Positions 20,802 to 29,056 are shown, numbered from the stretch's first letter. The stretch: DNA of 64,000 nucleotides from an uncultured Gammaproteobacteria bacterium (GCA_963799885.1 CAWCYX010000010.1:110520-174519), one strand, 5' to 3'. A program made the numbers and translations. Notes: generated by a model not told the origin, from the sequence alone.

Positions 20802-23800
20802 CAGCTCTACCTTTAAAGTCCGAATCAGTGACCGCCGCGGGTTGACGGCGCAGCAATGTATACATCGTGGGCACGAAGATCAGCGTTGCAAAAGTCGCAA
20901 ACAGCAAGCCACCGATCACCGCCCTGCCCAACGGAGCGTTTTGCTCGCCGCCCTCACCGATCCCTAGAGCCATGGGTACCATGCCGAGTATCATCGCTCC
21001 GGCCGTCATCAGGACGGGGCGCAGCCTCGTGTAACCCGCGCTCGTGGCGGCGCGCAGAGGGTCATCGCCCGCCACCATCCGTTGATTGGCGAAGGTCACC
21101 ACCAAAATGCTGTTGGCGGTCGTCAGGCCGATGCACATGAGCGTGCCCATCAGCGCCGGCACACTCATGGGGGTCTGCGACAGGAACAGCATCCACAATA
21201 CGCCTCCTAGCGCAAAGGGCACAGCCATCAATACGATGAGGGGATCGATCCAGCTCTGGAAATTCATGACCAAAAACAAATACACCAGAATGACGGCAAG
21301 CGCGATGCCGGTGAAGAGACCGGTATAGCTCTCGCGCATGGTCTCCACCTGACCGCTCAAGGTCACGGTCAACGCCTTCGACGCATCCGGCCGATGTTCT
21401 TTCAACACCTCATCGATGTCGCGAGCTGCACCGTAGAGGTCTCGGCCCTGCACGTCTGCATGGACATCGAAAACCGGGCGGATATTCAACTGCGAGGTTA
21501 CCATCGGAACCGCCTCACGCCCAAAAGACGCCAAATTCAGCAGGAGTTGCCCGGAGGACGCGCCGGCTCCCGAGGTCACCGGCATCGTCTCCAGATCCTG
21601 CGACGAGCGGATGCGATAGGTTGGAACTTGAACCACCAGCGGATAGCTCACGCTATTGCGCGGATCCACCCAGAAGTTCGGTGCCGTTTGCGCGCTCGAA
21701 TTGGTGGCCACCAGCACATTGTTGGCCGCCTCTTGTTGAGTCACGCCCGTCTGCTCCGCCAGCGTGCGGTCCATGTCGACGGTCAGCGCGGGTGCGTTCG
21801 GCACTTGAAATACGTGCGAGTCCACGACACCCGCCACCCGCGTCAGGGCGTGCGCGATTTGCGATGCCAGAGTAAAGGCCGCATCCTGGTTCGGCCCCGA
21901 AATTCTCACATCGATGGGCGCCGGCTGGCCAAAATTAAGCACTTGATCCACGATATCGGCCGGTTGAAAGAAGAACTGCAGCTCTGCAAAATGCGCCGGT
22001 AGCTCCCGGCGTAGTTTGGCGATGATTTCCGCCGTCGGCGTATGCTTTTCCTTCAAGGAGATCAATATCTCGCCATCCATCGGGCCCACAGTGGCGGAAT
22101 CGCTCAGCGCGATATTGATGCCGCTGTACGGCAATCCAATGTTGTCGAGCATCACGTCGATTTGATCTCTGCCGATCAGTGTTCGAATCTGTGCCTCGAC
22201 TTCGGCGAAGTATTGCTGAGTCCTCTCGAGTCTCGTTCCCGCGGGAGCTCTGACGTGCAGGCGCATCTGTCCTGCGTCCACTTGGGGGAAAAAGTCGCGT
22301 CCCAACAATGGGAAGAGCAGGACCGACACCACGATCAAACCGATGAACGCCGCCACCGTGAGTCGCGCCTGCGACAGTGCCCAAGAGAGAGTGTTGCGAT
22401 AGCTTTCCCGAAAGTTCTCAAACCCCCGTTCGAATCCCGCTTGAAATTGGACCAGTGCATTCTTGGGACCGACCCGCGCTTGGGCGGGCGGGTGCGTCGA
22501 CTCCCGCGCGAATTCATGCACCGCGCGGCGCATCAAATAATTAAACAACACCGGCACCATCGTGAATGAGAGAGCAAGACTCGCGAGCAGTGCGCCGATC
22601 ACGGAGAGCGACAGCGGAGAGAACAGATACTTGGCCGTGCCTTGCAGCAGAAACACCGGAACGAAGACGATACAGATGCATAGCGTCGACAAGAATGTGG
22701 GAACTGCCACTTCGTTGGCGCCCGCCACGATCGAGTGATGCAGGGGTTCCCGCATCGCGACGTGGCGTTCGATGTTTTCGATGACGACGGTGCCGTTGTC
22801 GACGAGAATGCCGATCGCCAACGCAAATCCACCCAAGGTCATTGTGTTCAGAGTTTGTCCGGCAAGATTGATGAATAGCACGGCCGTGATGATCGACAGC
22901 GGAATAGCCGCGAGGATGATGACCGACAAACGCACATTCCCGAGAAACAGAATGATGACCAGCGCGGTCAAGCCCGCCGCCATACACGCACTCATGAGCA
23001 CGCTATTGAGCGCCGCTTTCACGAATACCGATTGATCGAACAAGGCCTTGATGGACACGTCCTTCGGCAAGACGTTTTTGATGTCGAGCAGCGCCGTCCG
23101 CACTCCGTCGATGACGGCGAGGGTCGATACGCCGCCGGTCTTACGAATGGTCATCAGGGCGCCGGGAGTGCCGTTAACGGACACCGAATTTGTCTGGACC
23201 TGAAATCCGTCGTGCACGTGTGCCACGTCCCGCATGAATACCGTGCGCCCGTCGACCTGCTTGATCGGAAAGGCGTTGATGGTGTCGATGACATCCGGCG
23301 AGTTGTTCATGGTCAAGGTGTAATCCTTGTCGCCGATTTTCACGTCACCGGCCGGAAGGATGACATTTTGATTTTGCAAGGCACTGCTGACATCCGCTGC
23401 CGATAAGCCGCGCGCCTGCAGGGCCTGTGAGTCCAGATCGGCCATGATCACGCGCGGCTTGCCACCGTAGGGATACGGGACTTCGGCGCCGTGGACCACC
23501 GCAAGTGCGGGGCGAATGATGTTTTGGCCCAAATCGTTGAGCTTGGTGTCCGGCAGCGACTTGCTGGAGAGACTCAGCTGTATGATGGGCACGTCCGTCG
23601 CCCCGTAGCGCAACACCAGCGGCGGTGTGATGTTGCGCGGCATGTACTTCAGCACCACGAGCGCGCTGCTCGCGAGCTGCGAGACGGCGCGGGTCACGTC
23701 GGCGCCCTCGTGAAGGTAGACTTTCTCGACGCCGACACCCTCGTAGCTTACGGCTTCGATACGGGAGATGTCGTCCACTAGGGAGGCCAGCTGCCGCTCG

Positions 23801-24000
23801 TGCAGGGTCAAAATACGGTTCTGGATGTCCTGCGCACTCATCCCGCTGTAGGTCCAGACCACCGCCACCACCGGGATGTCGATTTCCGGGAAGATGTCGA
23901 TGGGCATGCGCAAGGCCGCTCCGATGCCCATTAGCGTGATCAAAATCAGCGAGGCTACAACCGTGTAGGGCCGCTTGAGTGCTATTTCAACGACGGACAT
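20788..24000 (-). CDS. RND efflux permease
   Basis: 1070 aa in 12-TM RND layout. N-terminus RPYTVVASLILITLMGIGAALRMPIDIFPEIDIPVVAVVWTYSGMSAQDIQ and TM4 motif ALAIGILVDNGTVVIENIERH. Confidence 0.92.
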   Translation of the reverse strand: MSVVEIALKRPYTVVASLILITLMGIGAALRMPIDIFPEIDIPVVAVVWTYSGMSAQDIQNRILTLHERQLASLVDDISRIEAVSYEGVGVEKVYLHEGADVTRAVSQLASSALVVLKYMPRNITPPLVLRYGATDVPIIQLSLSSKSLPDTKLNDLGQNIIRPALAVVHGAEVPYPYGGKPRVIMADLDSQALQARGLSAADVSSALQNQNVILPAGDVKIGDKDYTLTMNNSPDVIDTINAFPIKQVDGRTVFMRDVAHVHDGFQVQTNSVSVNGTPGALMTIRKTGGVSTLAVIDGVRTALLDIKNVLPKDVSIKALFDQSVFVKAALNSVLMSACMAAGLTALVIILFLGNVRLSVIILAAIPLSIITAVLFINLAGQTLNTMTLGGFALAIGILVDNGTVVIENIERHVAMREPLHHSIVAGANEVAVPTFLSTLCICIVFVPVFLLQGTAKYLFSPLSLSVIGALLASLALSFTMVPVLFNYLMRRAVHEFARESTHPPAQARVGPKNALVQFQAGFERGFENFRESYRNTLSWALSQARLTVAAFIGLIVVSVLLFPLLGRDFFPQVDAGQMRLHVRAPAGTRLERTQQYFAEVEAQIRTLIGRDQIDVMLDNIGLPYSGINIALSDSATVGPMDGEILISLKEKHTPTAEIIAKLRRELPAHFAELQFFFQPADIVDQVLNFGQPAPIDVRISGPNQDAAFTLASQIAHALTRVAGVVDSHVFQVPNAPALTVDMDRTLAEQTGVTQQEAANNVLVATNSSAQTAPNFWVDPRNSVSYPLVVQVPTYRIRSSQDLETMPVTSGAGASSGQLLLNLASFGREAVPMVTSQLNIRPVFDVHADVQGRDLYGAARDIDEVLKEHRPDASKALTVTLSGQVETMRESYTGLFTGIALAVILVYLFLVMNFQSWIDPLIVLMAVPFALGGVLWMLFLSQTPMSVPALMGTLMCIGLTTANSILVVTFANQRMVAGDDPLRAATSAGYTRLRPVLMTAGAMILGMVPMALGIGEGGEQNAPLGRAVIGGLLFATFATLIFVPTMYTLLRRQPAAVTDSDFKGRADAIA

Positions 24001-24076
24001 GCAGGGTCCTCTGTTACGATGAGCCCAAACTAGACCAGAGAAGTCCGGGCGTCAGGGGCCGAAAGTCATGACTCGA

Positions 24077-24115
24077 AGTGACTCTGGTCACTTTTTGCCA
24101 GTGACTAAAGTCACT
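24077..24115. promoter_or_regulatory. Two perfect AGTGAC-N4-GTCACT palindromes upstream of the RND operon (candidate operator)
   Basis: AGTGACtctgGTCACT at 24077-24092 and AGTGACtaaaGTCACT at 24100-24115 (centres 23 bp apart). A related AGTCATGACT lies at 24064-24073. All sit in the 138-bp gap between the regulator stop (24139) and the permease start (24000). Confidence 0.5.
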
Positions 24116-24138
24116 TTCTTTGAGCCGCGTGACGCAAC

Positions 24139-25017
24139 TCATTCGGGGCGCGACTGTCTCTTCGACAGCAGAGCCAGTTCGGTCCTCGTGTTGGCGTGCA
24201 GCTTTTCCATGATTCGACTGACGTAATTCTTCACGGTGCCTTCGGCAAGGAACAGCGTGGAAGCGATCTGTCTATTGCTCATGCTCTCGGAGATGAGTTG
24301 TAAAATCTTCTCCTCTTTGTCGCTCAATGGCTGCGTGTCGAGGATCCTTTGCGCCGAGGGATTCTTCTCGGATATGGGGGCATTGAGGACGCCTTCGTGA
24401 ACAGGTTCGGCATTGGTCACCGGCGCGAGACGGCGAAACTGGTCCATTACCTTGCGAGCAATCTGAGGGGTCAATCGCGACTCTCCGCGCCTCAGGCCGC
24501 GGATGGTCTCCAGCAGTTCGTCTTCGTCCACATCCTTCAGCAGGTACGCCTGGGCGCCCGCCCGCACTGCCTCGAACACCGTTTCATCGTCATTGAGCGT
24601 CGTCAACACGAGGACTTGCGTATTCGGAAGCGACCGTGTGATTTCGCGAGTCGCGGCAACTCCTCCCTTGAGCGGCATATGTAAATCCATCAATATCACA
24701 TCGGGTTGCAGCAATTGCGCGAGTTCGACGGCTTCGATGCCGTTGCGCGCCTGGCCGACCACCTCCATGTCGGGTTCCATGGACAGCAATACTGCGGCGC
24801 CCCGACGCACGAGTGCCTGATCGTCGGCGATGATGATTCGTATCGCCGAATGATCGGTTCGCTCACCGGGCGTCACGGGAGAGCACTCATACGAGCAGCT
24901 CCCGAGTCGGCCCATGAGCCTTTGATTGATGGCGATCTTGCATGAATATCCCGAAGCCATTTCCTGAAGCGCCATCATGCAACCCGGAGAGTACAGTTTG
25001 GAAGTGACTTTAGTCAC
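24139..25017 (-). CDS. NarL/FixJ (LuxR-type) response regulator, no adjacent kinase
   Basis: Receiver IRIIIADDQALVRRG...DVILMDLHMP...VLVLTTLNDD...AYLLKD, and LuxR HTH LSDKEEKILQLISESMSNRQIASTLFLAEGTVKNYVSRIMEKL. The track start (GTG 25017) lies inside a palindrome. ATG 24915 (MGRLGS..., AAAGG 4 nt upstream) is a more plausible start. Confidence 0.85.
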   Translation of the reverse strand: MTKVTSKLYSPGCMMALQEMASGYSCKIAINQRLMGRLGSCSYECSPVTPGERTDHSAIRIIIADDQALVRRGAAVLLSMEPDMEVVGQARNGIEAVELAQLLQPDVILMDLHMPLKGGVAATREITRSLPNTQVLVLTTLNDDETVFEAVRAGAQAYLLKDVDEDELLETIRGLRRGESRLTPQIARKVMDQFRRLAPVTNAEPVHEGVLNAPISEKNPSAQRILDTQPLSDKEEKILQLISESMSNRQIASTLFLAEGTVKNYVSRIMEKLHANTRTELALLSKRQSRPE

Positions 25018-25018
25018 T
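25003..25018. promoter_or_regulatory. Third AGTGAC-N4-GTCACT palindrome at the sigma/regulator junction
   Basis: AGTGACtttaGTCACT read directly. It lies 3 nt after the inferred sigma stop (25021-25023) and upstream of the likely regulator start. Confidence 0.5.
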
Positions 25019-25020
25019 TG

Positions 25021-25666
25021 TTAACGTGGAGGCCGTGACCAGCCCAAGGTACGCTCACACAACTGCAATCGTGCGGTTTCCGACGGGCTCATCGTGATGT
25101 CGGATGGTGCGATGCACCAACCGGCGCCTTGACCAACCCATTCCACGGCGTCATTACGTCCGACACCCGTAGGCTATCGTGCGGGCGCGTCGCCGATGCT
25201 CATCTGTCAGCGCGAGTTCTTCGGGCGTATCAAGATCCGTCAGTGCTGTGAAGGAATGATCGGTGTGCTCGGCCTCCCGGCGGTTGGACGCCAAAACGCT
25301 CGCGTTGCGCGCGCCAAGCGACAACATGGTCTTCGCAGAATTGATGGCAACGCGATGAAGCCAGGAATAGAAAGCCGACTCGCCGCGAAAGTTCTGCAAC
25401 CCCCAATAAGCATTGATGAAGGTAATCTGGACCACATCCTCCGCGTCGTCGCGATTGCCCATGTAGCGCATCGAAAGCTTCATCACCCGCTGCCGATATT
25501 TGCGTACCAGTGCATTAAATGCGCCGTGCTCACCTGACTGAGCGCGCACCACGAGCATTTGGTCGCAAGGCGCCGCATCCGCACTCAGATCCAAGTCCGC
25601 TGAGTGGCGCGGTAGCCTCCCGTGTTTTGACTCATTCCTCTCGGAGATGGATTCCGGATACATCAT
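25021..25666 (-). CDS. RpoE/AlgU-like ECF sigma factor, sigma-4 region out of frame as sequenced
   Basis: ORF 25154-25666 has sigma-2, LVVRAQSGEHGAFNALVRKYRQRVMKLSMRYMGNRDDAEDVVQITFINAYWGLQNFRGESAFYSWLHRVAINSAKTML, closely resembling E. coli RpoE as I remember it. It stops at ...TIAYGCRT. In another frame, 25165-25021 reads PTGVGRNDAVEWVGQGAGWCIAPSDITMSPSETARLQLCERTL, a divergent sigma-4.2 HTH pattern. This implies one indel near 25167. Confidence 0.65.
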
Positions 25667-25701
25667 GTCGACGGTTATGTTGGGGCCGTTAGATTAGAAT
25701 T

Positions 25702-25748
25702 GCCATAAGATCACATTAGAAAATGCGGACCGAGCTCACACTAACCGC
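25702..25748. repeat. Left arm of an imperfect inverted repeat flanking the two-component operon
   Basis: gccataagatcaCATTAGAAAATGCGGaccgagctcacactaaccgc. The 15-bp core at 25714-25728 is the exact reverse complement of 28246-28260. By hand alignment the arms match at 36 of 47 columns. Confidence 0.6.
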
Positions 25749-25912
25749 TGATCGAGGGAGTGCGGGCGCGGCTACTCACCTTTTCGGCGTCAATTCCGGC
25801 GCCCGCCCCGCACTGTCAATTGCTCGCGGGGCGTCGACCGCGCACTCGCTACCTTGCGCTTGGCAATTGCGCGAGCACCGAGGGAACACGGCATGAGAGC
25901 AACTTAATGATG

Positions 25913-25931
25913 TTCTAACGGTCTTCTAATG
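25913..25931 (+). promoter_or_regulatory. TTCTAA-N5-TTCTAATG direct repeat upstream of the OmpR-family regulator (candidate autoregulatory site)
   Basis: The hexamers start at 25913 and 25924, an 11-bp period. They lie 36 nt upstream of GTG 25967, which has AGGAG at 25957-25961. The 8-mer TTCTAATG is shared with the inverted-repeat cores. Confidence 0.35.
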
Positions 25932-25966
25932 GACGCCATATGCAATGTTGAGCTGTAGGAGTCCCA

Positions 25967-26665
25967 GTGCGAATACTGATTGTCGAAGATGATCGTAAAC
26001 TAGCGGAATTCGTCGCTCGCGGGCTACGCGCGGAGCGATTCGCTGTCGACCTCGCGGGCAATGGTCGAGAAGGCGAGACCTATGTCAACTCCTACGAATA
26101 CGATCTACTCGTACTTGATTTGATGCTTCCGCAATTGAGCGGCACCGAACTGTTGCGGCGGGTGCGCCAGTCCCATTCCTCGTTGCCGGTCCTCGTCCTT
26201 ACTGCGCGCGACGCGATCGATGACAAAGTGATGCATTTCGAGGCGGGTGCCGACGATTACCTGACCAAGCCTTTCGACTTCGCCGAGTTGTTAGTGCGTA
26301 TCAAGGCCCTCCTGCGCCGCTCACCCGCCGAGCGGGTCGATGTCTTACGCATCGCGGATCTCGAACTCAACCGGGTCACCCAGCAAGTCAGGCGCAATGG
26401 CCATCGGATTGATCTAACCGCAAAGGAATATGCATTGTTCGAATATTTGTTGTGTTCGCCCGGCCGGGTATTTTCGAGGACCATGATACTCAATCATGTA
26501 TGGGATCAGAGCTTCGAGGGAGTGACCAACATTGTGGATGTGTACGTCCGGTACCTGCGCAGAAAGGTCGACGAGCCGTTTCCAATCAAGCTCATTCACA
26601 CCGTGCGTGGAGTGGGCTATTGTGTGCGCGACGCGGAACTCGAGCGCCATGCTGCACTGGAATGA
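25967..26665 (+). CDS. OmpR-family response regulator, CusR/CopR-like
   Basis: MRILIVEDDRKLAEFVARGL...DLLVLDLMLP...VLVLTARDAIDDKVMHFEAGADDYLTKPFDFAELLVRIKALLRR...LTAKEYALFEYLL...TNIVDVYVRYLRRKVDEPFPIKLIHTVRGVGY. The pattern matches heavy-metal regulators of the CusR/CopR type as I recall them. Confidence 0.9.
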   Translation: MRILIVEDDRKLAEFVARGLRAERFAVDLAGNGREGETYVNSYEYDLLVLDLMLPQLSGTELLRRVRQSHSSLPVLVLTARDAIDDKVMHFEAGADDYLTKPFDFAELLVRIKALLRRSPAERVDVLRIADLELNRVTQQVRRNGHRIDLTAKEYALFEYLLCSPGRVFSRTMILNHVWDQSFEGVTNIVDVYVRYLRRKVDEPFPIKLIHTVRGVGYCVRDAELERHAALE

Positions 26666-28206
26666 ATCATCGATCGCTCGCATTTCGGTTGGGCGCGTGG
26701 TACACGCTGCTCTTGAGCGCGACATTTGCACTCGTCGGCACGGCTACTTTCTACGGCCTGCAACATTACCTACGCTCGAATTTGCGCGATTCCGTGAGCC
26801 GGCGGTCAACTCAGGTCGAGGAAATACTTCTCCAGGCACCTGCCGACGCTAGCAATGGTGCGATTGGCAGGGAAATCGAGACTCGGGTCGCGCCGGAATT
26901 CAACAATCGCTTCGTACGCGTGACCCGTGCGCCGGCGACAATGATTTATCGTTCCGGTCCACCCGTCGATCGAAGCTTCGATCCGGCGTTGGTGAGGGCG
27001 GTTCGACATGCGGACGCCACCAACATCGGGTCGCCCGTTACGGCGATCGTGGGAGATCAGCATCTCATGATTCGCGCGACACCTGTGAGCACGCGATCCG
27101 GCACGTATCTCGTCGAGCTCGGTGTCTCGATAGATCCCATCGACGCGGTGCTAAACCGCCTGCTTGATCTTCTCGCCGTACTACTCCCTGTGCTTATGGT
27201 CTGCGCGGCGGGGGGCGGCTACTGGCTCGTGAATTGGGCGCTACGCCCCGTCGATCGACTTTCACAAACCGCCGAACAAATGAGTTTACAGAATTTGACA
27301 CTACGGCTTCCGGTCGTGCCGAGCGGCGATGCCCTGGAGCGCCTATCGATCTCCCTCAACACCATGCTAGGACGCTTGCGCGACTCCGTACAGACATCGC
27401 GGCGCTTTCTAGCGGATGCATCCCACGAACTTCGAACGCCACTGACGGTAATTAAAGGCGAACTTCAGGAACTGGCCGGTGAATCCCCATTGACCAAACG
27501 GGACCTGCGCGAACGGGTCGGCAGCGTACTCGAAGAAGTGGCACGCCTGGAGCACTTGGTGTTCGGATTACTCGTTCTGTCGCGCCTCGACGCCGGCGAG
27601 CCTCAGGTCGATTGGGCCGACGTCGACCTCGCGGAACTGGCGTCGAGCACCGCCGATCAGATGCGTCTGATGGCGGACGATCGCGGTATTGAGATCGAGT
27701 TCTCCGCGCTGCGAAAAGCGCTGGTCCGCGGGGATCGGGCACGGCTGAAGCAGATCGTGGTCAACCTTCTCGACAATGCGATCCGTTTTACCAAACGAGG
27801 AGGGACCGTATGGCTGCGCACCGCAATGGACGATGCGGGCAGCGTCCTCGAGGTCTCTGATACCGGGGTTGGTATTCCAGCGGACTCGATATCCCATGTA
27901 TTTGATCGGTTCTATCGTGTAGCTGAGGCCCGCTCGCGCGAGGACGGCGGGGCGGGCCTTGGATTGTCAATTGTGAAATCGATTTGCTCGGCGCATGGCG
28001 CAGAAATCGAGGTTGAGAGCCGGGTGGATGCCGGTAGCTGCTTCCGAGTGAGCTTCCCGCTCGCCCGGCGATCCAGCGTCGCAACCGCTAGCGATGCACC
28101 CCGCACGCTCCATTCCAATACGTCATCGGGTCGAGAGTGCCCGAGCAACACGCTGGTCCCGATTGAAGTTTCGGCAAACCCGCAGGAGATGACCCTGAAA
28201 AGGTGA
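26662..28206 (+). CDS. Sensor histidine kinase (HisKA/HATPase), CusS/CopS-like
   Basis: Start ATG 26662 overlaps the regulator stop (ATGA). Two TM segments flank a periplasmic region of about 150 aa. It has a HAMP domain, the H-box FLADASHELRTPLTVIKGEL, the N-box NLLDNAIRFT and the G-boxes DTGVGIP / GGAGLGLSIV. Confidence 0.88.
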   Translation: MNHRSLAFRLGAWYTLLLSATFALVGTATFYGLQHYLRSNLRDSVSRRSTQVEEILLQAPADASNGAIGREIETRVAPEFNNRFVRVTRAPATMIYRSGPPVDRSFDPALVRAVRHADATNIGSPVTAIVGDQHLMIRATPVSTRSGTYLVELGVSIDPIDAVLNRLLDLLAVLLPVLMVCAAGGGYWLVNWALRPVDRLSQTAEQMSLQNLTLRLPVVPSGDALERLSISLNTMLGRLRDSVQTSRRFLADASHELRTPLTVIKGELQELAGESPLTKRDLRERVGSVLEEVARLEHLVFGLLVLSRLDAGEPQVDWADVDLAELASSTADQMRLMADDRGIEIEFSALRKALVRGDRARLKQIVVNLLDNAIRFTKRGGTVWLRTAMDDAGSVLEVSDTGVGIPADSISHVFDRFYRVAEARSREDGGAGLGLSIVKSICSAHGAEIEVESRVDAGSCFRVSFPLARRSSVATASDAPRTLHSNTSSGRECPSNTLVPIEVSANPQEMTLKR

Positions 28207-28225
28207 GTGCCCGCTTCCCCGAAGT

Positions 28226-28271
28226 GCGGTTTGTGTGAAGCCTGCCCGCATTTTCTAATGCGACGTTAGGC
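28226..28271. repeat. Right arm of the inverted repeat flanking the two-component operon
   Basis: Its reverse complement reads gcctaacgtcgCATTAGAAAATGCGGgcaggcttcacacaaaccgc. It lies between the convergent kinase stop (28206) and the Gly-rich gene stop (28295). Confidence 0.6.
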
Positions 28272-28294
28272 TATGATTCAGCGCCGACCCCTTC

Positions 28295-29056
28295 CTAGTT
28301 CACACTGTAGTTGCGACCTTCAAGACATGCGCCATCGGCGCGCAGAAACTCACCACGCTGCGCGGCTGTAATATTCTTCGTCGCGGGAGTCGCCACCGGT
28401 GGGGTCGCTCCGGCTGTGCCGGGCGTCGCAACGGCGGTGGTGAGTGACGATGGGTCTGCCGCTGGATTTGGATCGACGCCGGACTGTGCAGCGGCCCAGC
28501 GATGGCACTCCGCATGATCCTGCGCTTGTTGTTCGTTCGACTGCCCCGCCTTGGGATACACAAACAGCTGATTCACGACCGGCTGCTGAGTCTTCACCTC
28601 ATCGGCGAGTCCGGCCGGCGGTCGGACGGTTTCGTATTCGCCCACATCACCATTCCATGTGTAGTAAACATCGTCGGCGTAGTAGTAGGGGACGCCGTCC
28701 CATAGATAGGTGTCGTAGTACCAGGGAAGGGCGCCGAAAAAGAGACCATACCCCAAACCTCCGTAGAATCCTCCGCCATACCAACCGCGACCGTAGCCGC
28801 GTCCATACCAGCCCCGACCATAGCCGTGCCCATAGCCGTAGCTTCCCGGTCCATGCCAGCCGCCACGGTAGCCGCCCCCGCGAAATCCGCCGCCACCATG
28901 AAAACCACCGCCGCCATGGAAGCCGCCGCCGCCATGGAAGCCGCCGCCTCCGTGGCCACCGCTGCCCCCTGAATGTGCTACTGCCGATCCAGAAATGCCT
29001 AAGCCGACGGCGGCGAGAGCGCCGACGATCGAAAGCAGTCGTCGTTGGGTACGCAT
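28295..29056 (-). CDS. Secreted Gly/His/Tyr-rich protein, family copy 2
   Basis: 253 aa. Signal peptide MRTQRRLLSIVGALAAVGLGISGSAVA, then GGGGFH x4, GYGRGWYG repeats, GLGYGLFFGALPWYYDTYLWDGVPYYYADDVYYTWNG, VYPKAGQSNEQQAQDHAECHRWAAAQSGVDP, and the C-terminal ADGACLEGRNYSVN. Confidence 0.8.
   Translation of the reverse strand: MRTQRRLLSIVGALAAVGLGISGSAVAHSGGSGGHGGGGFHGGGGFHGGGGFHGGGGFRGGGYRGGWHGPGSYGYGHGYGRGWYGRGYGRGWYGGGFYGGLGYGLFFGALPWYYDTYLWDGVPYYYADDVYYTWNGDVGEYETVRPPAGLADEVKTQQPVVNQLFVYPKAGQSNEQQAQDHAECHRWAAAQSGVDPNPAADPSSLTTAVATPGTAGATPPVATPATKNITAAQRGEFLRADGACLEGRNYSVN

Noticed and set aside
25686-25700. TCTAATCTAA on the minus strand upstream of the ECF sigma gene, as an autoregulated sigmaE-type -10.
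   Set aside because: No GGAACT-like -35 lies 16-17 nt upstream (the sequence there is ...gtgatcttatggcaat). Only half of the motif is present.
25702-28271. Calling the inverted-repeat-flanked two-component operon a transposon or mobile element.
   Set aside because: No transposase, integrase or target-site duplication is visible (flanks ...agatca versus cgacgt...). It is kept as a finding but not annotated as a mobile element.
28294-28307. CCTAGTTCACACTG at the 3' end of Gly-rich copy 2, resembling CCTAGTTCcgatTCACACTG at 29147-29166. This looked like direct repeats flanking the gene.
   Set aside because: The upstream copy is explained as the reverse complement of the sigmaE-type -35 (GGAACTAGG). 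The downstream one lacks a correctly spaced -10 and overlaps the stop codon, so it is probably chance or a relic.
28600-28980. DNA-level periodicity in the Gly-rich genes (also 40700-40870) that could be mistaken for a tandem or CRISPR-like repeat array.
   Set aside because: The periodicity is the coding GGx/GGYR/GGGGFH repeat inside well-supported ORFs. There is no repeat-spacer structure.
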